Assembly: GCA_045563675.1 (NCBI GenBank)
Contig: JBJLIX010000001.1
Location: 333,667-397,666, forward strand
DNA from: Gammaproteobacteria bacterium
GTDB lineage: Bacteria; Pseudomonadota; Gammaproteobacteria; Magnimaribacterales; Magnimaribacteraceae
Reading direction: 5' to 3'
DNA length: 64,000 nt
The notes under the pieces were generated by a model, which was not told the origin of the DNA, did not search any database, and saw only the letters and a program-made list of their open reading frames with translations. A program made the translations under genes and the position numbers. This document shows positions 48,607 to 58,755 of this stretch, piece by piece. Within the stretch, counting starts at the first letter, position 1. The number at the start of each line of letters is the position of its first letter.

Positions 48607-49475
48607 TGTCAATAACCAGAAATCAAGCCCACAATATTGCTTCAGTTCTCAGTGAAGGACTGCCTTATATACAAAGGTTTTATGGAAAAACCATAGTAAT
48701 TAAATACGGTGGAGCAGTCATGTCCAGGATGCCCCTTAAGAATGGCTTTGCTAGAGATATTGCTCTTATGAAATTAGTTGGAATGAATCCAGTAATTATT
48801 CATGGAGGGGGGCCACAAATAGGAAAAGAACTTAGGAAGTATGGTTTAAAAAGTAAATTTGTTTCAGGCTTTAGAGTTACAAATAAAAAAACCATGAAAG
48901 TAGTTAAAAGAGTTTTAGGTAAGGAGGTTAATGGTGAACTAGTAGGTCTAATAAAAAAGTATGGAGCTAAATCTATTAGCACAACCAACTTAAATAAGTT
49001 AATTATTAAAGCTTCAAAATTAAAAACTGAAGATGAGGTTGACCTGGGGTTGGTAGGAAGGGTTAATTCAGTAAAGAAAGAAGAAATAAAAAAAATTATT
49101 AATAAAGGCCTAATTCCTGTCATACCACCTCTTGGATATAACAGATTAGGAGAATGTCTAAATATAAATGCAGACTTAGTTGCCGGAAAAGTTGCTTCTT
49201 CTTTAAAATCAGAAAAATTAATACTCCTTACAGATGTTGAAGGTATAAAAGATAAAAACAATGACCTTTTATCCAGAATTACTCTAAAACAAGCTAGTAA
49301 GTTAATTTCATCTGGAATTGTTCTTGATGGAATGAAACCAAAACTTGAATCTTGCCTACAGGCAATAAATTCAGGGGTAAAATCGTGCCATATAATCGAT
49401 GGCAGACTACCTCATGCTGTATTATTAGAAGTATTAACTGACGAAGGAGTAGGAACCTTAATTTCTTCAGAATAA
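48606..49475 (+). CDS. argB: acetylglutamate kinase
   Basis: 289 aa with IKYGGAVM, HGGGPQI and amino-acid-kinase fold motifs. TAATG overlap with algC. Confidence 0.95.
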   Translation: MSITRNQAHNIASVLSEGLPYIQRFYGKTIVIKYGGAVMSRMPLKNGFARDIALMKLVGMNPVIIHGGGPQIGKELRKYGLKSKFVSGFRVTNKKTMKVVKRVLGKEVNGELVGLIKKYGAKSISTTNLNKLIIKASKLKTEDEVDLGLVGRVNSVKKEEIKKIINKGLIPVIPPLGYNRLGECLNINADLVAGKVASSLKSEKLILLTDVEGIKDKNNDLLSRITLKQASKLISSGIVLDGMKPKLESCLQAINSGVKSCHIIDGRLPHAVLLEVLTDEGVGTLISSE

Positions 49476-49479
49476 TAAA

Positions 49480-50064
49480 ATGGACAAATTAAAACCAAAG
49501 CAGCTTGAGATAATGCAAAACCTTGCAAGAATGCTTGAAAATAAAGGTCCTGTAAAAGTTACGACTGCTTCGTTAGCGCACGAATGCGGAATAACTGAAG
49601 CAGCTATCTACCGTCACTTTCCAAGCAAGAGAAAAATTTATGAAGGGCTAGTTAATTTCTGTGAGCAGAGTATTTTTGATTTAATTAGTGAGATAAATGC
49701 AAGTGAAGAAAATCAACTTAATAAAGTAGTAAAAATCATGGTCCTTTTGGTAACTTTTTGTGAAAAAAATCCAGGCTTAGCTAGATTATTAACAAGGGAA
49801 GCTTTTTCGGTAGATGAAGCAAAACTTGACGAAAGAATAAAGCAAATGTTTTCAAAAATAGAATTACTGATTAAACAAAACCTCCAAAAATATGAGCAAC
49901 AAACCAAAAAAAAGTTAATGTTAACTTCAGCTTCAAGCTCCAATCTATTATTAGCCTTTGTTGAAGGAATTATTCAACAGTTTGTGAGATCTGGTTTTAC
50001 AGAGAAGCCCTCTCCAAGAATAAAAGAGCAATCAGAATTTCTTGTTAATTCTATAACAAAATAA
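49480..50064 (+). CDS. slmA: nucleoid occlusion factor SlmA (TetR family)
   Basis: 194 aa. The HTH region TTASLAHECGITEAAIYRHFPSKRKIYEGL closely follows E. coli SlmA [30 protein letters not shown]. Confidence 0.8.
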   Translation: MDKLKPKQLEIMQNLARMLENKGPVKVTTASLAHECGITEAAIYRHFPSKRKIYEGLVNFCEQSIFDLISEINASEENQLNKVVKIMVLLVTFCEKNPGLARLLTREAFSVDEAKLDERIKQMFSKIELLIKQNLQKYEQQTKKKLMLTSASSSNLLLAFVEGIIQQFVRSGFTEKPSPRIKEQSEFLVNSITK

Positions 50065-50069
50065 AATAG

Positions 50070-52421
50070 CTAATCAGGCTGAGATTCTTCCAAAAAATAT
50101 TCAAATATTGAACTTGAAGAGGTTCCTTCTGATCTTCTGCCAGTCTTTTTATCTACCTTTATACTTACTAATCCAGGAGGTGGCAGAGATTTATTCTTTG
50201 GTAGGGTCTCTATTAAAGGCTCCATAAAATCTAACCATATAGGTAAAGCAGCTGTGCTACCAAACTCTCGATTTCCAAGACTTTTCGGTTGATCAAATCC
50301 AACCCAAACACTAGTAACTAAGAAATCATTAAAACCAGTAAACCAAGTACTCTCAGCTTCATTTGTAGTTCCTGTCTTTCCAGCAAAATCTGTTCTATTT
50401 AATTCAGATAGCTTTTTTGCTGTACCACGATAAGCAGATTCTTGAAGAATATCTTTAATAACAAAAGCTACTCTAGGGTCAACGGTTTGTTTAGGAATTA
50501 TTTCTTTTCTTTCAAAGATAATTTCTCCTGATCTGTCTATAATTTTAGAAATAAAATATGGTTCAACCAATTTGCCTCCATTTGCAAAGACACTAAATGC
50601 AGCTGCATTCTTTAAAGGGCTTAAGGAAGCAGTGCCTAAAGCTAAAGAAAGATCAGAAGGAAGAGATTCTGGTTGAAAACCAAAGTTTTTAGAATAATTT
50701 ATAACTTTGTCTATTCCAACTTCTCTAAGCAGTCTTATGGATACAAGATTTCTACTTTGTACTAGAGCTTCTCTTAACCTAGTTGGACCATAAAACCTTC
50801 CGCTTGAGTTTCTTGGACGCCACTTATCTTCTAAAGCTTTATCCTCAAAAACTATTGGAGCATCGTTTATCAAAGTTGAGGCATTAAACCCACTATCAAG
50901 TGCTGTAGCATAAAGAAAAGGCTTAAAATTTGAACCCAACAAAGGAAAAGATTGTGTTGCTCTATCATATTTACTAAGAAAGAAATCGTATCCACCTACT
51001 AGGGCCTTTACACCCCCATTATTTGGATCGATAGAAACAATGGAACCTTGGACTTCAGGTATCTGAGTTAATGAAAGGCTTGAATTAACCTTATCTCTTT
51101 CTAACCAAACTAAATCCCCCTCTTTTAAAATATCAGAGTATTTCTTGGGCTTAGCACCTCTCTGGTCTTCATTAATATAAGGTCTAGCCCATCCAAGACT
51201 TGAGGGCCAGTCTAATGAATAAATTTTTCTATCTCCTGAGAGAGCTATCAATTGATCAACTACAGAGATAACTAATACAGGGAACTTATTATCAGATGTT
51301 ACTAAGTCATTGAGATATTCGTAAATTAATTCCAAGGGCTGATCTTCCGGAACCTCAGACAACCCTAAAGGCAATTCATTGCTTGATTCAATTAAACTTA
51401 ATCTCAATGGAAGGTCTTGAAAAAAGAAATTTTCAGGAAACAGACTAATAAGGTTTAAAGGCTGCCGGAAACCATGTCTCTTATCATAAGATTCTAGACC
51501 TAGCTTTAACGCACTTACGGCATGGTTTTGTAACTTAGAGTCAAGTGTGGTGTAAACCTCCAACCCATCCTTATAGGCATCTAAGCCATACTCATTAATC
51601 ATAAACCTTCTTATCGTTTCAGAAAGGTAAGGAGCATCTACTTGAGAAGCTAAACCGAAATAACTAGCAGAGATGGGTGCACTAATTGCTAAATCAAATT
51701 GTTCCTTATAGATATAATCCAAATCATACATTCTACTTAAGATCCAATTTCTCCTTATCAGAGCCCTCCTCGGATTGACCAAGGGGTTCATTGCAGAAGG
51801 TGCCTTGGGTAGACCTGCAATCATTGCCCATTGGGCAATATTCAAATCTTTAATGTTAGAACCGTAATACACTTCACTAGCTGAAGCTATTCCATAAGCG
51901 CGGTTGCCTAAGAAAATTCTATTAACATAGAATTCAAATATTTCTTCTTTAGAATAAATACTCTCAAGTCTATATGCTAAAAATATATCTTTGATTTTAC
52001 GAAATAAACTAACATCTCTTCCAGTTAAATAGTTACCTGCTACCTGCATAGTAATGGTACTACCTCCTCCCTGTATCTCCCCTGAAATCAATATCCTATA
52101 AAGAGACCTCAAAAGTCCTGAGTAACTCACACCTGAATGATTAAAGAAATTATCATCTTCTGCAGCCAGGACAGCTTTTATAAAGTATGGCGGTATATCT
52201 TCAAAACTTACAGCGGATCTTCTCTTCTCTCCAAACTCTCCTATCAATTTATTATCAGAAGTAAAAATCTTTAATGGTATTTGCAGTTCAATTTCTCTTA
52301 TCTCTTGTGCTTCCGGAAGTTTTTGTGAAATATAAAGAGAAATAGAACTAATAATTAGAAATATTAAGGAAAGAAAAAATAAACTGATCTTTAAGTAAAT
52401 GTTGTTAAGAATTATGCTCAT
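50070..52421 (-). CDS. mrcA: penicillin-binding protein 1A (bifunctional transglycosylase/transpeptidase)
   Basis: N-terminal TM, GT51 motifs (AAEDDNFFNHSG, GGSTITMQ), and transpeptidase SNFKP, SRN, KTGT. An ATG lies at 52421; the track uses a TTG at 52427. Confidence 0.9.
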   Translation of the reverse strand: MSIILNNIYLKISLFFLSLIFLIISSISLYISQKLPEAQEIREIELQIPLKIFTSDNKLIGEFGEKRRSAVSFEDIPPYFIKAVLAAEDDNFFNHSGVSYSGLLRSLYRILISGEIQGGGSTITMQVAGNYLTGRDVSLFRKIKDIFLAYRLESIYSKEEIFEFYVNRIFLGNRAYGIASASEVYYGSNIKDLNIAQWAMIAGLPKAPSAMNPLVNPRRALIRRNWILSRMYDLDYIYKEQFDLAISAPISASYFGLASQVDAPYLSETIRRFMINEYGLDAYKDGLEVYTTLDSKLQNHAVSALKLGLESYDKRHGFRQPLNLISLFPENFFFQDLPLRLSLIESSNELPLGLSEVPEDQPLELIYEYLNDLVTSDNKFPVLVISVVDQLIALSGDRKIYSLDWPSSLGWARPYINEDQRGAKPKKYSDILKEGDLVWLERDKVNSSLSLTQIPEVQGSIVSIDPNNGGVKALVGGYDFFLSKYDRATQSFPLLGSNFKPFLYATALDSGFNASTLINDAPIVFEDKALEDKWRPRNSSGRFYGPTRLREALVQSRNLVSIRLLREVGIDKVINYSKNFGFQPESLPSDLSLALGTASLSPLKNAAAFSVFANGGKLVEPYFISKIIDRSGEIIFERKEIIPKQTVDPRVAFVIKDILQESAYRGTAKKLSELNRTDFAGKTGTTNEAESTWFTGFNDFLVTSVWVGFDQPKSLGNREFGSTAALPIWLDFMEPLIETLPKNKSLPPPGLVSIKVDKKTGRRSEGTSSSSIFEYFLEESQPD

Positions 52422-52477
52422 AAGCAAGTTAAATACATTTTTATAAGACTATCTTAAGGTAAAGATATAATAAGATC

Positions 52478-52984
52478 ATGCGAATATTTATAGTGGGCCC
52501 TATGGCATCAGGAAAATCAACAATAGGCAAAAGGCTTGCTCAAAAATTGAATCTTCAGTTTATAGATACAGACAAGGAGATTGAAGATAGAGCTGGAACG
52601 GATATACCTTGGATCTTTGAAGTTGAAGGCGAAAAAGGCTTTAGAAAAAGAGAAGAAAAGGTCCTAGAAGAGTCCATAAAAAAATCTAATGTTGTTATAT
52701 CAACTGGAGCAGGAATTGTTTTATCTAAAAGTAATAGAGATTTAATGATCCGTTCTGGGAAAGTTATTTACCTAGAAGCTTCATTAAAAATTCAGCTTAA
52801 AAGAACTCAAAATGATAGAAGTCGCCCTCTTCTCATGGATGGGAATAAAGAAGAAGTTCTAAAGAAACTAAAAAAGGAAAGGGAACCTATCTATGAAGAA
52901 ATATCTGATTTGAAAATACATCAAGAAAATAAAAAATTTAAGCAAGTAGTAGAAGAAATATCTAATAAACTTAATAATGAGTAG
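52478..52984 (+). CDS. aroK: shikimate kinase
   Basis: 168 aa with P-loop GPMASGKST and the FIDTD motif, in aroK-aroB order. Confidence 0.9.
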   Translation: MRIFIVGPMASGKSTIGKRLAQKLNLQFIDTDKEIEDRAGTDIPWIFEVEGEKGFRKREEKVLEESIKKSNVVISTGAGIVLSKSNRDLMIRSGKVIYLEASLKIQLKRTQNDRSRPLLMDGNKEEVLKKLKKEREPIYEEISDLKIHQENKKFKQVVEEISNKLNNE

Positions 52985-54077
52985 TATGAATCAAAATACT
53001 GTTGAAGTTAATCTTGACGAAGATTCCTATCAAATAGATATAGGAAATAATTTCCTCTCTAAAAAGGATATGGAAATCTTTATAGGAAATAGAGAAGTTT
53101 GCTTAGTTTATGATGAAAATGTTCCTCAATCTTTTATTACAGATGTTTATAATATTTTTGAGTCTATTTCTACTGAGTTTTGCAGTGTTTCTCTAAAAGC
53201 TACTGAAAATAAAAAATCATATGAATCTATTAGCTCAATACATAACTTATTAATCGAAGAAGGTTATAGCAGGGAATGTGTTTTGGTAGCTCTTGGTGGA
53301 GGAATTATTTCAGACCTTTGTGGTTTTGCTGCAGCTACCTACCAAAGAGGCGTAGATTTCATCCTAATACCCACTACTCTTTTATCTCAAGTTGATGCCT
53401 CTGTAGGAGGAAAAACTGCAATAAACCATCCTAAAGGAAAAAATATGATTGGTTCTTTCCATCAACCAAAAAAAGTATTTATTGATACAAGCTTCCTTAC
53501 TAGCCTACCTGAAAGAGAAATACAGTGTGGGATGGTAGAAATGATAAAACATGGAATTATCCAGGATCTGAGTTATTTTGAATGGATAGAAGAGAATATT
53601 AATTCATTAAAATCTCTTGAAGATAATCATATAGCTAAAGCTATAAGAAAATCAGTTGAAATTAAATCCTCGATAGTTTCAGAAGATGAGAAAGAAAAAG
53701 GTATAAGGGCAATCCTTAATTTTGGACATACCTTTGGGCATGGCATTGAAACCATTGGGAATTATAAAGAATTTAGTCATGGTGAGGCTGTGGCTTTAGG
53801 AATAATGTGCGCTTGTGAATTATCAAAAGATGTAGAAGGCTTTGCTCATGGTGAGGCTCAGAGAATAAGAGAAATATTCTTGGAAGTCGGTGTTCCTTTA
53901 AAACTTTCAAAGGAAATAGAGCCTGAAGATCTTTATTTAGCAATGCAATCCGATAAGAAAAAAGAGGGTAAAGATCTTAATTTTATATTATTAGAACGCT
54001 TAGGAAGCGCTAAAAAAATTAAAGGTATTAGTAAAGAAAAGGTTATGCATGCAATTAAAAAAGGACTTTTTAGTTAA
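52977..54077 (+). CDS. aroB: 3-dehydroquinate synthase
   Basis: 366 aa with GGGIISDLCGFAAATYQRG, DASVGGKTAIN and HTFGHGIE. Confidence 0.95.
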   Translation: MSSMNQNTVEVNLDEDSYQIDIGNNFLSKKDMEIFIGNREVCLVYDENVPQSFITDVYNIFESISTEFCSVSLKATENKKSYESISSIHNLLIEEGYSRECVLVALGGGIISDLCGFAAATYQRGVDFILIPTTLLSQVDASVGGKTAINHPKGKNMIGSFHQPKKVFIDTSFLTSLPEREIQCGMVEMIKHGIIQDLSYFEWIEENINSLKSLEDNHIAKAIRKSVEIKSSIVSEDEKEKGIRAILNFGHTFGHGIETIGNYKEFSHGEAVALGIMCACELSKDVEGFAHGEAQRIREIFLEVGVPLKLSKEIEPEDLYLAMQSDKKKEGKDLNFILLERLGSAKKIKGISKEKVMHAIKKGLFS

Positions 54078-54204
54078 ATTTTTTTGTTAAAAAGCTTAAA
54101 GAAGCTAAAATAATAATTAACCCTAGCCCTTTAACCAAAAAATAATGATTTACTAGCATTTGTTTGCTGTAAAATCTTATGCCCCTTTTTGGGTTATTTT
54201 ATCT

Positions 54205-57200
54205 ATGAAAAACGGAAAAATTTTAAAAAAACCTGGAAAAATTGGTCTTTACGATCCTTCGTATGAGAAAGATTCATGCGGAGTAGGAATGGTAGCTAAT
54301 ATTAAAGGTATTCCATCTCGTCAAATTATGGATGATGCCTACTTAGTAAATTCTAGAATGGATCATAGGGGTGGTTGTGGTTTTGAAGAAAATACTGGAG
54401 ATGGAGCTGGAATACTTATTGCTATTCCAAATAGCTTCTTCAAGGAAGTATCCAAAACTATACAAATTAAACTTCCAGAAAAGGGTTCCTATGCAGTCGG
54501 AAATATTTTCTTACCTAAAGACGCAAATGAAAAAAGATTCTGCAAAAAAGAAATAGAAAAGATTATAGATGATGAAGGTCAGGAATTTTTAGCCTGGAGA
54601 GAAGTTCCAATACAACCTAAAGAAGCTAATGTAGGTCCAGCTGCCATATTGTCTCAACCTTCTATAGAACAGCTTTTTATTAAATCTAGGGATGTTGAAG
54701 ATCAAGAAGACTTTGAAAGAAAACTTTATCTCATAAGAAAGAGGTTTAGCCATAGATTAAGGACAGACATGGCGCTTAATGAAAGAAGTTTACTATTTGC
54801 TTGCAGCCTTTCATCTAAAATAATTGTTTATAAAGGAATGTTAACTCCATCTCAGCTTTTCCCTTTTTACACTGATCTACAACAAGAGAATTTTGAAACT
54901 CACCTAGCAATGGTTCACTCAAGGTTCAGTACCAATACATTTCCTTCTTGGGATAGAGCTCAACCTAATAGATACATGTGCCATAACGGCGAGATAAATA
55001 CACTAAAAGGTAACGTAAATCTTATCGGTGCCAGACAAGGTGTAGCCTATAGTGACCTCTTTGGAGATAAGCTGAAGGATTTATTTCCTATAGCTGAACC
55101 TGATAGTTCAGATTCAGGAAATTTTGACAATATTCTAGAATTCTTGATGTTAACTGGAAGAAGTCTACAGGAATCTGTAATGATGATGATTCCTGAAGCT
55201 TGGCAATCGAATCATCTAATGAACGAAGAAAAAAGAGCATTCTATGAATACTCATCTTCTTTAATGGAGCCTTGGGATGGACCTGCATCTATAGTTTTTA
55301 CTGATGGAAATTATATTGGAGCAGTTCTTGATAGAAATGGACTTAGGCCTAGTAGGTATTACGTCACCAAGGATGACAAGGTAATCATGGCTTCCGAGGT
55401 GGGCGTACTTCCTGTTGAGCCCAGCAATGTATTAATGAAAGGTAGACTTCAGCCTGGAAAAATGTTCCTTATTGACTTTGAAGAAGGAAAAATGGTCCCC
55501 GATGAGGAGATAAAAGAAAAGATATACAAAGCTAACCCTTTTAAAAAGTGGGTTAAAGATCAGGTGGTACCTTTAGAAGAAATAACAAATGAAGAAACTT
55601 CTAACCCTGAACCATCTCAAGACCTAATCTCTAGAATGAAAGCATTTGGTTATACAGTGGAAACCATGCAATTTATGCTTTTACCAATTGTCAAAGAATT
55701 AAGAGATCCATTAGGTTCGATGGGTAATGACGCTGCATTAGCCTGTTTATCTGATAAGCCAAGGCTTATATTTGATTACTTTAAACAGCTATTCGCGCAA
55801 GTAACAAATCCAGCTATAGATTCCATAAGAGAAGAAGTGATTATGTCTCTAGAATGTTTAATTGGTCCAGAGGGAAATCTCCTTTCTTGTAATCCTGAAA
55901 ATGCTCATCGTTTAAGAATTAAGAATCCAATAATCTCTGATAGAGAACTATCAAGTATACAAAACCTTAATAATCATGGATGGAAAACTAAAACCATAGA
56001 TATTACTTATAAAAAAGAGAATGGAAATAAAAAAAGAATGCTTTCAGCTCTGGATAGAATTTGTAAAGAATCTGAAGAAGCCATTAAGCAAGGTTATTCA
56101 TTTATTGTTTTATCGGATAGAAAGTTAGGTTCACAGAGAATTGCACTTAGCTCTTTATTAGCCTGCTCAACAGTACACCACCATTTAATAGGTGAAGAGA
56201 AAAGAACAAGGATCGGGATAATTGTAGAAACAGGAGAAGCCAGAGAAGTTCACCATCATTGTTTATTGATTGGCTATGGAGCAGATGCTATCAACCCTTA
56301 CATGGCATTCGAGTCATTATGGCAAGCTAGACAGGATGGCCTCTTAGATCAGATTTCTTTTAATGAAATGGTTAAAGCCTATAAGAAAGGTGTGGCTAAA
56401 GGGATCCTTAAGGTTATGGCTAAAATGGGTATTTCTACTTTGCAATCATATAAAGGAGCTCAAATATTTGAAGCAGTGGGGCTAGCTAATGAAATTATTG
56501 AAAAATGCTTTCCTGGGACTGCAAGTAGGGTTCAAGGAGTTGACTTCGACATCCTTATTAATGAGATGGAGAGAAGGCATGAATTGGGTTTTCCTTTAAT
56601 TAATCAAGAGAATATTGAGGCTCTACCTAACCCTGGAGATTTTCATTGGAGACAAGGTGGTGATTCGCATATGTGGGACCCTGAGACTATTTCTGATCTG
56701 CAACAAGCAGCAAGAAATAATAATGAAGATTCTTATTGGAAGTTCTCAAAATACGCTAATAAACAAACAACCAAAGATAGCACTCTGAGGGGGTTATTGA
56801 AATTTAAGTATGTTAAGAAAGCTTTAGACTTAAATGAAGTGGAGGCTGAAAAAGAAATAGTCAAACGTTTTGCTACTGGGGCCATGAGCTTAGGCTCCAT
56901 CTCTACAGAAGCTCATGAATCTCTTGCAATCGCAATGAATAAATTAGGAGGTAAATCTAACACTGGAGAAGGCGGAGAAGACCCCATTAGATTTAAGCCC
57001 CAAAAAGACGGTGTTTCTAAAAGATCGGCTATCAAGCAAGTTGCCTCTGGTCGGTTTGGGGTAACAATGTGGTACTTAACTAATTCAGATGAACTTCAAA
57101 TAAAAATTGCTCAAGGAGCAAAGCCAGGTGAAGGAGGTGAATTACCTGGAAGAAAAGTTGATGATTATATTGCTAAGATCAGACACTCAACTCCTGGAGT

Positions 57201-58755
57201 AGGTTTAATCAGTCCTCCTCCTCACCATGATATTTATTCAATTGAAGACATAGCACAACTCATCCATGACCTCAAAAATGCGAATAGAGAAGCAAGAATA
57301 AGTGTAAAACTAGTTTCTGAAATAGGAGTAGGAACCATTGCGGCGGGTGTAGTTAAAGCTAAAACAGATCATCTGGTTATAGCTGGTCATGATGGAGGAA
57401 CAGGGGCCTCCCCCTTAACTTCAATCAAACATGCGGGACTACCATGGGAACTAGGAATAGCTGAGACTCATCAGACCCTGGTTATGAATAACTTACGTTC
57501 TAGGGTAGTGCTGCAAACTGATGGTCAAATAAAAACAGGTAGAGACGTAGCTATAGCAGCCTTATTGGGCGCTGAGGAGTTTGGTTTTGCCACTGCGCCA
57601 TTAATTACTTTGGGTTGCATCATGATGAGGAAGTGTCATTTAAATACTTGTCCAGTAGGCATTGCTACTCAAGATAAAGAGTTGAGGAAAAAATTTAAAG
57701 GAGATCCTGAGCATGTGATCAATTACCTTTTTATGGTAGCTAAAGAATTGAGAATGATCATGGCAGAACTGGGTTTTAGAACTGTTAATGAAATGATAGG
57801 TAGGGTTGATTGTTTAGAAGTAGACGGCGCTATTAACCACTGGAAAAGAGACGGCTTAGATTTTTCAAGCATTCTTCACCCTGCAGAAATAATTTTTGAT
57901 AATACCGAGGTATTTAACACACAAAGTCAAGATCATGGTTTAGATAAAGCTCTAGACCTTGAATTACTTAAAAAAAGTAAAAAGGCTATTAATAAAGGCG
58001 AGAAAGTAGACATTGAGATGCCTGTAAAAAATACCAACAGAGTTGTAGGTACTATTTTATCCAATGAAGTTTCAAAAGTATGGGAGGATAAAGGACTGCC
58101 AGAGGACACAATAAATATTAAATTAAATGGCTCAGCTGGCCAAAGTCTAGCTTCGTGGTTAACCAAGGGAATAACGATTACCTTAGAAGGGGATGCAAAT
58201 GATTATGTAGGGAAAGGTTTATCCGGAGGTAAATTAATTGTTTATCCACCCAAAGAAAGCTCTTTTAAATCAGAAGAGAATATCTTAATAGGGAATGTAG
58301 CTTTATATGGAGCCACTGCAGGAGAAGCCTACTTCAGTGGGGTTGCAGCTGAAAGATTTTGTGTCAGGAATAGTGGAGCTAAAGTTGTAATTGAAGGTAT
58401 TGGTGATCATGGTTGTGAATATATGACTGGTGGTAGAGCAGTAATTCTAGGTCCTACAGGTAGAAATTTTGGTGCCGGAATGAGTGGAGGCATAGCTTAT
58501 GTATATGATCCAGAAAATAATTTCAAAGAGCTATGTAATTTAGATACCTTTGAATTAGAAAACTTAGAAATTAAAGAAGATATAAAGGAATTAAAACTTC
58601 TTATAGAAAACCACTCAAAATATACGGGATCTGAAGTATCTAAGAAGATACTTGCAAATTGGAAAAAAGAATTAGCCCTATTCAAAAAAGTTATGCCCAC
58701 TGACTACAAGAGAGTACTCCAAGAAGTGGATAAGAAAGAAAAAAAGGCTGGATAG
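54205..58755 (+). CDS. gltB: glutamate synthase (NADPH) large subunit
   Basis: About 1516 aa from ATG 54205. It has the Ntn amidotransferase Cys in KDSCGVG, an FMN/Fe-S central domain and a C-terminal GXGXG domain. The track's TTG at 54160 is probably spurious. Confidence 0.95.
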   Translation: MKNGKILKKPGKIGLYDPSYEKDSCGVGMVANIKGIPSRQIMDDAYLVNSRMDHRGGCGFEENTGDGAGILIAIPNSFFKEVSKTIQIKLPEKGSYAVGNIFLPKDANEKRFCKKEIEKIIDDEGQEFLAWREVPIQPKEANVGPAAILSQPSIEQLFIKSRDVEDQEDFERKLYLIRKRFSHRLRTDMALNERSLLFACSLSSKIIVYKGMLTPSQLFPFYTDLQQENFETHLAMVHSRFSTNTFPSWDRAQPNRYMCHNGEINTLKGNVNLIGARQGVAYSDLFGDKLKDLFPIAEPDSSDSGNFDNILEFLMLTGRSLQESVMMMIPEAWQSNHLMNEEKRAFYEYSSSLMEPWDGPASIVFTDGNYIGAVLDRNGLRPSRYYVTKDDKVIMASEVGVLPVEPSNVLMKGRLQPGKMFLIDFEEGKMVPDEEIKEKIYKANPFKKWVKDQVVPLEEITNEETSNPEPSQDLISRMKAFGYTVETMQFMLLPIVKELRDPLGSMGNDAALACLSDKPRLIFDYFKQLFAQVTNPAIDSIREEVIMSLECLIGPEGNLLSCNPENAHRLRIKNPIISDRELSSIQNLNNHGWKTKTIDITYKKENGNKKRMLSALDRICKESEEAIKQGYSFIVLSDRKLGSQRIALSSLLACSTVHHHLIGEEKRTRIGIIVETGEAREVHHHCLLIGYGADAINPYMAFESLWQARQDGLLDQISFNEMVKAYKKGVAKGILKVMAKMGISTLQSYKGAQIFEAVGLANEIIEKCFPGTASRVQGVDFDILINEMERRHELGFPLINQENIEALPNPGDFHWRQGGDSHMWDPETISDLQQAARNNNEDSYWKFSKYANKQTTKDSTLRGLLKFKYVKKALDLNEVEAEKEIVKRFATGAMSLGSISTEAHESLAIAMNKLGGKSNTGEGGEDPIRFKPQKDGVSKRSAIKQVASGRFGVTMWYLTNSDELQIKIAQGAKPGEGGELPGRKVDDYIAKIRHSTPGVGLISPPPHHDIYSIEDIAQLIHDLKNANREARISVKLVSEIGVGTIAAGVVKAKTDHLVIAGHDGGTGASPLTSIKHAGLPWELGIAETHQTLVMNNLRSRVVLQTDGQIKTGRDVAIAALLGAEEFGFATAPLITLGCIMMRKCHLNTCPVGIATQDKELRKKFKGDPEHVINYLFMVAKELRMIMAELGFRTVNEMIGRVDCLEVDGAINHWKRDGLDFSSILHPAEIIFDNTEVFNTQSQDHGLDKALDLELLKKSKKAINKGEKVDIEMPVKNTNRVVGTILSNEVSKVWEDKGLPEDTINIKLNGSAGQSLASWLTKGITITLEGDANDYVGKGLSGGKLIVYPPKESSFKSEENILIGNVALYGATAGEAYFSGVAAERFCVRNSGAKVVIEGIGDHGCEYMTGGRAVILGPTGRNFGAGMSGGIAYVYDPENNFKELCNLDTFELENLEIKEDIKELKLLIENHSKYTGSEVSKKILANWKKELALFKKVMPTDYKRVLQEVDKKEKKAG

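Noticed and set aside
54160-54204. N-terminal extensions from rare start codons: gltB TTG at 54160, glyA TTG at 6543, mrcA TTG at 52427.
   Set aside because: In-frame ATGs just downstream align with ortholog N-termini. For gltB the catalytic Cys follows a short propeptide.
54078-54204. Candidate sigma-70 promoter TTTACT-N15-TAAAAT and a weak AGCTT/AAGCT hairpin between aroB and gltB.
   Set aside because: The 15-nt spacer is suboptimal and the hairpin has only 5 bp. AT-rich sequence yields many such matches, so neither was reported as a feature.
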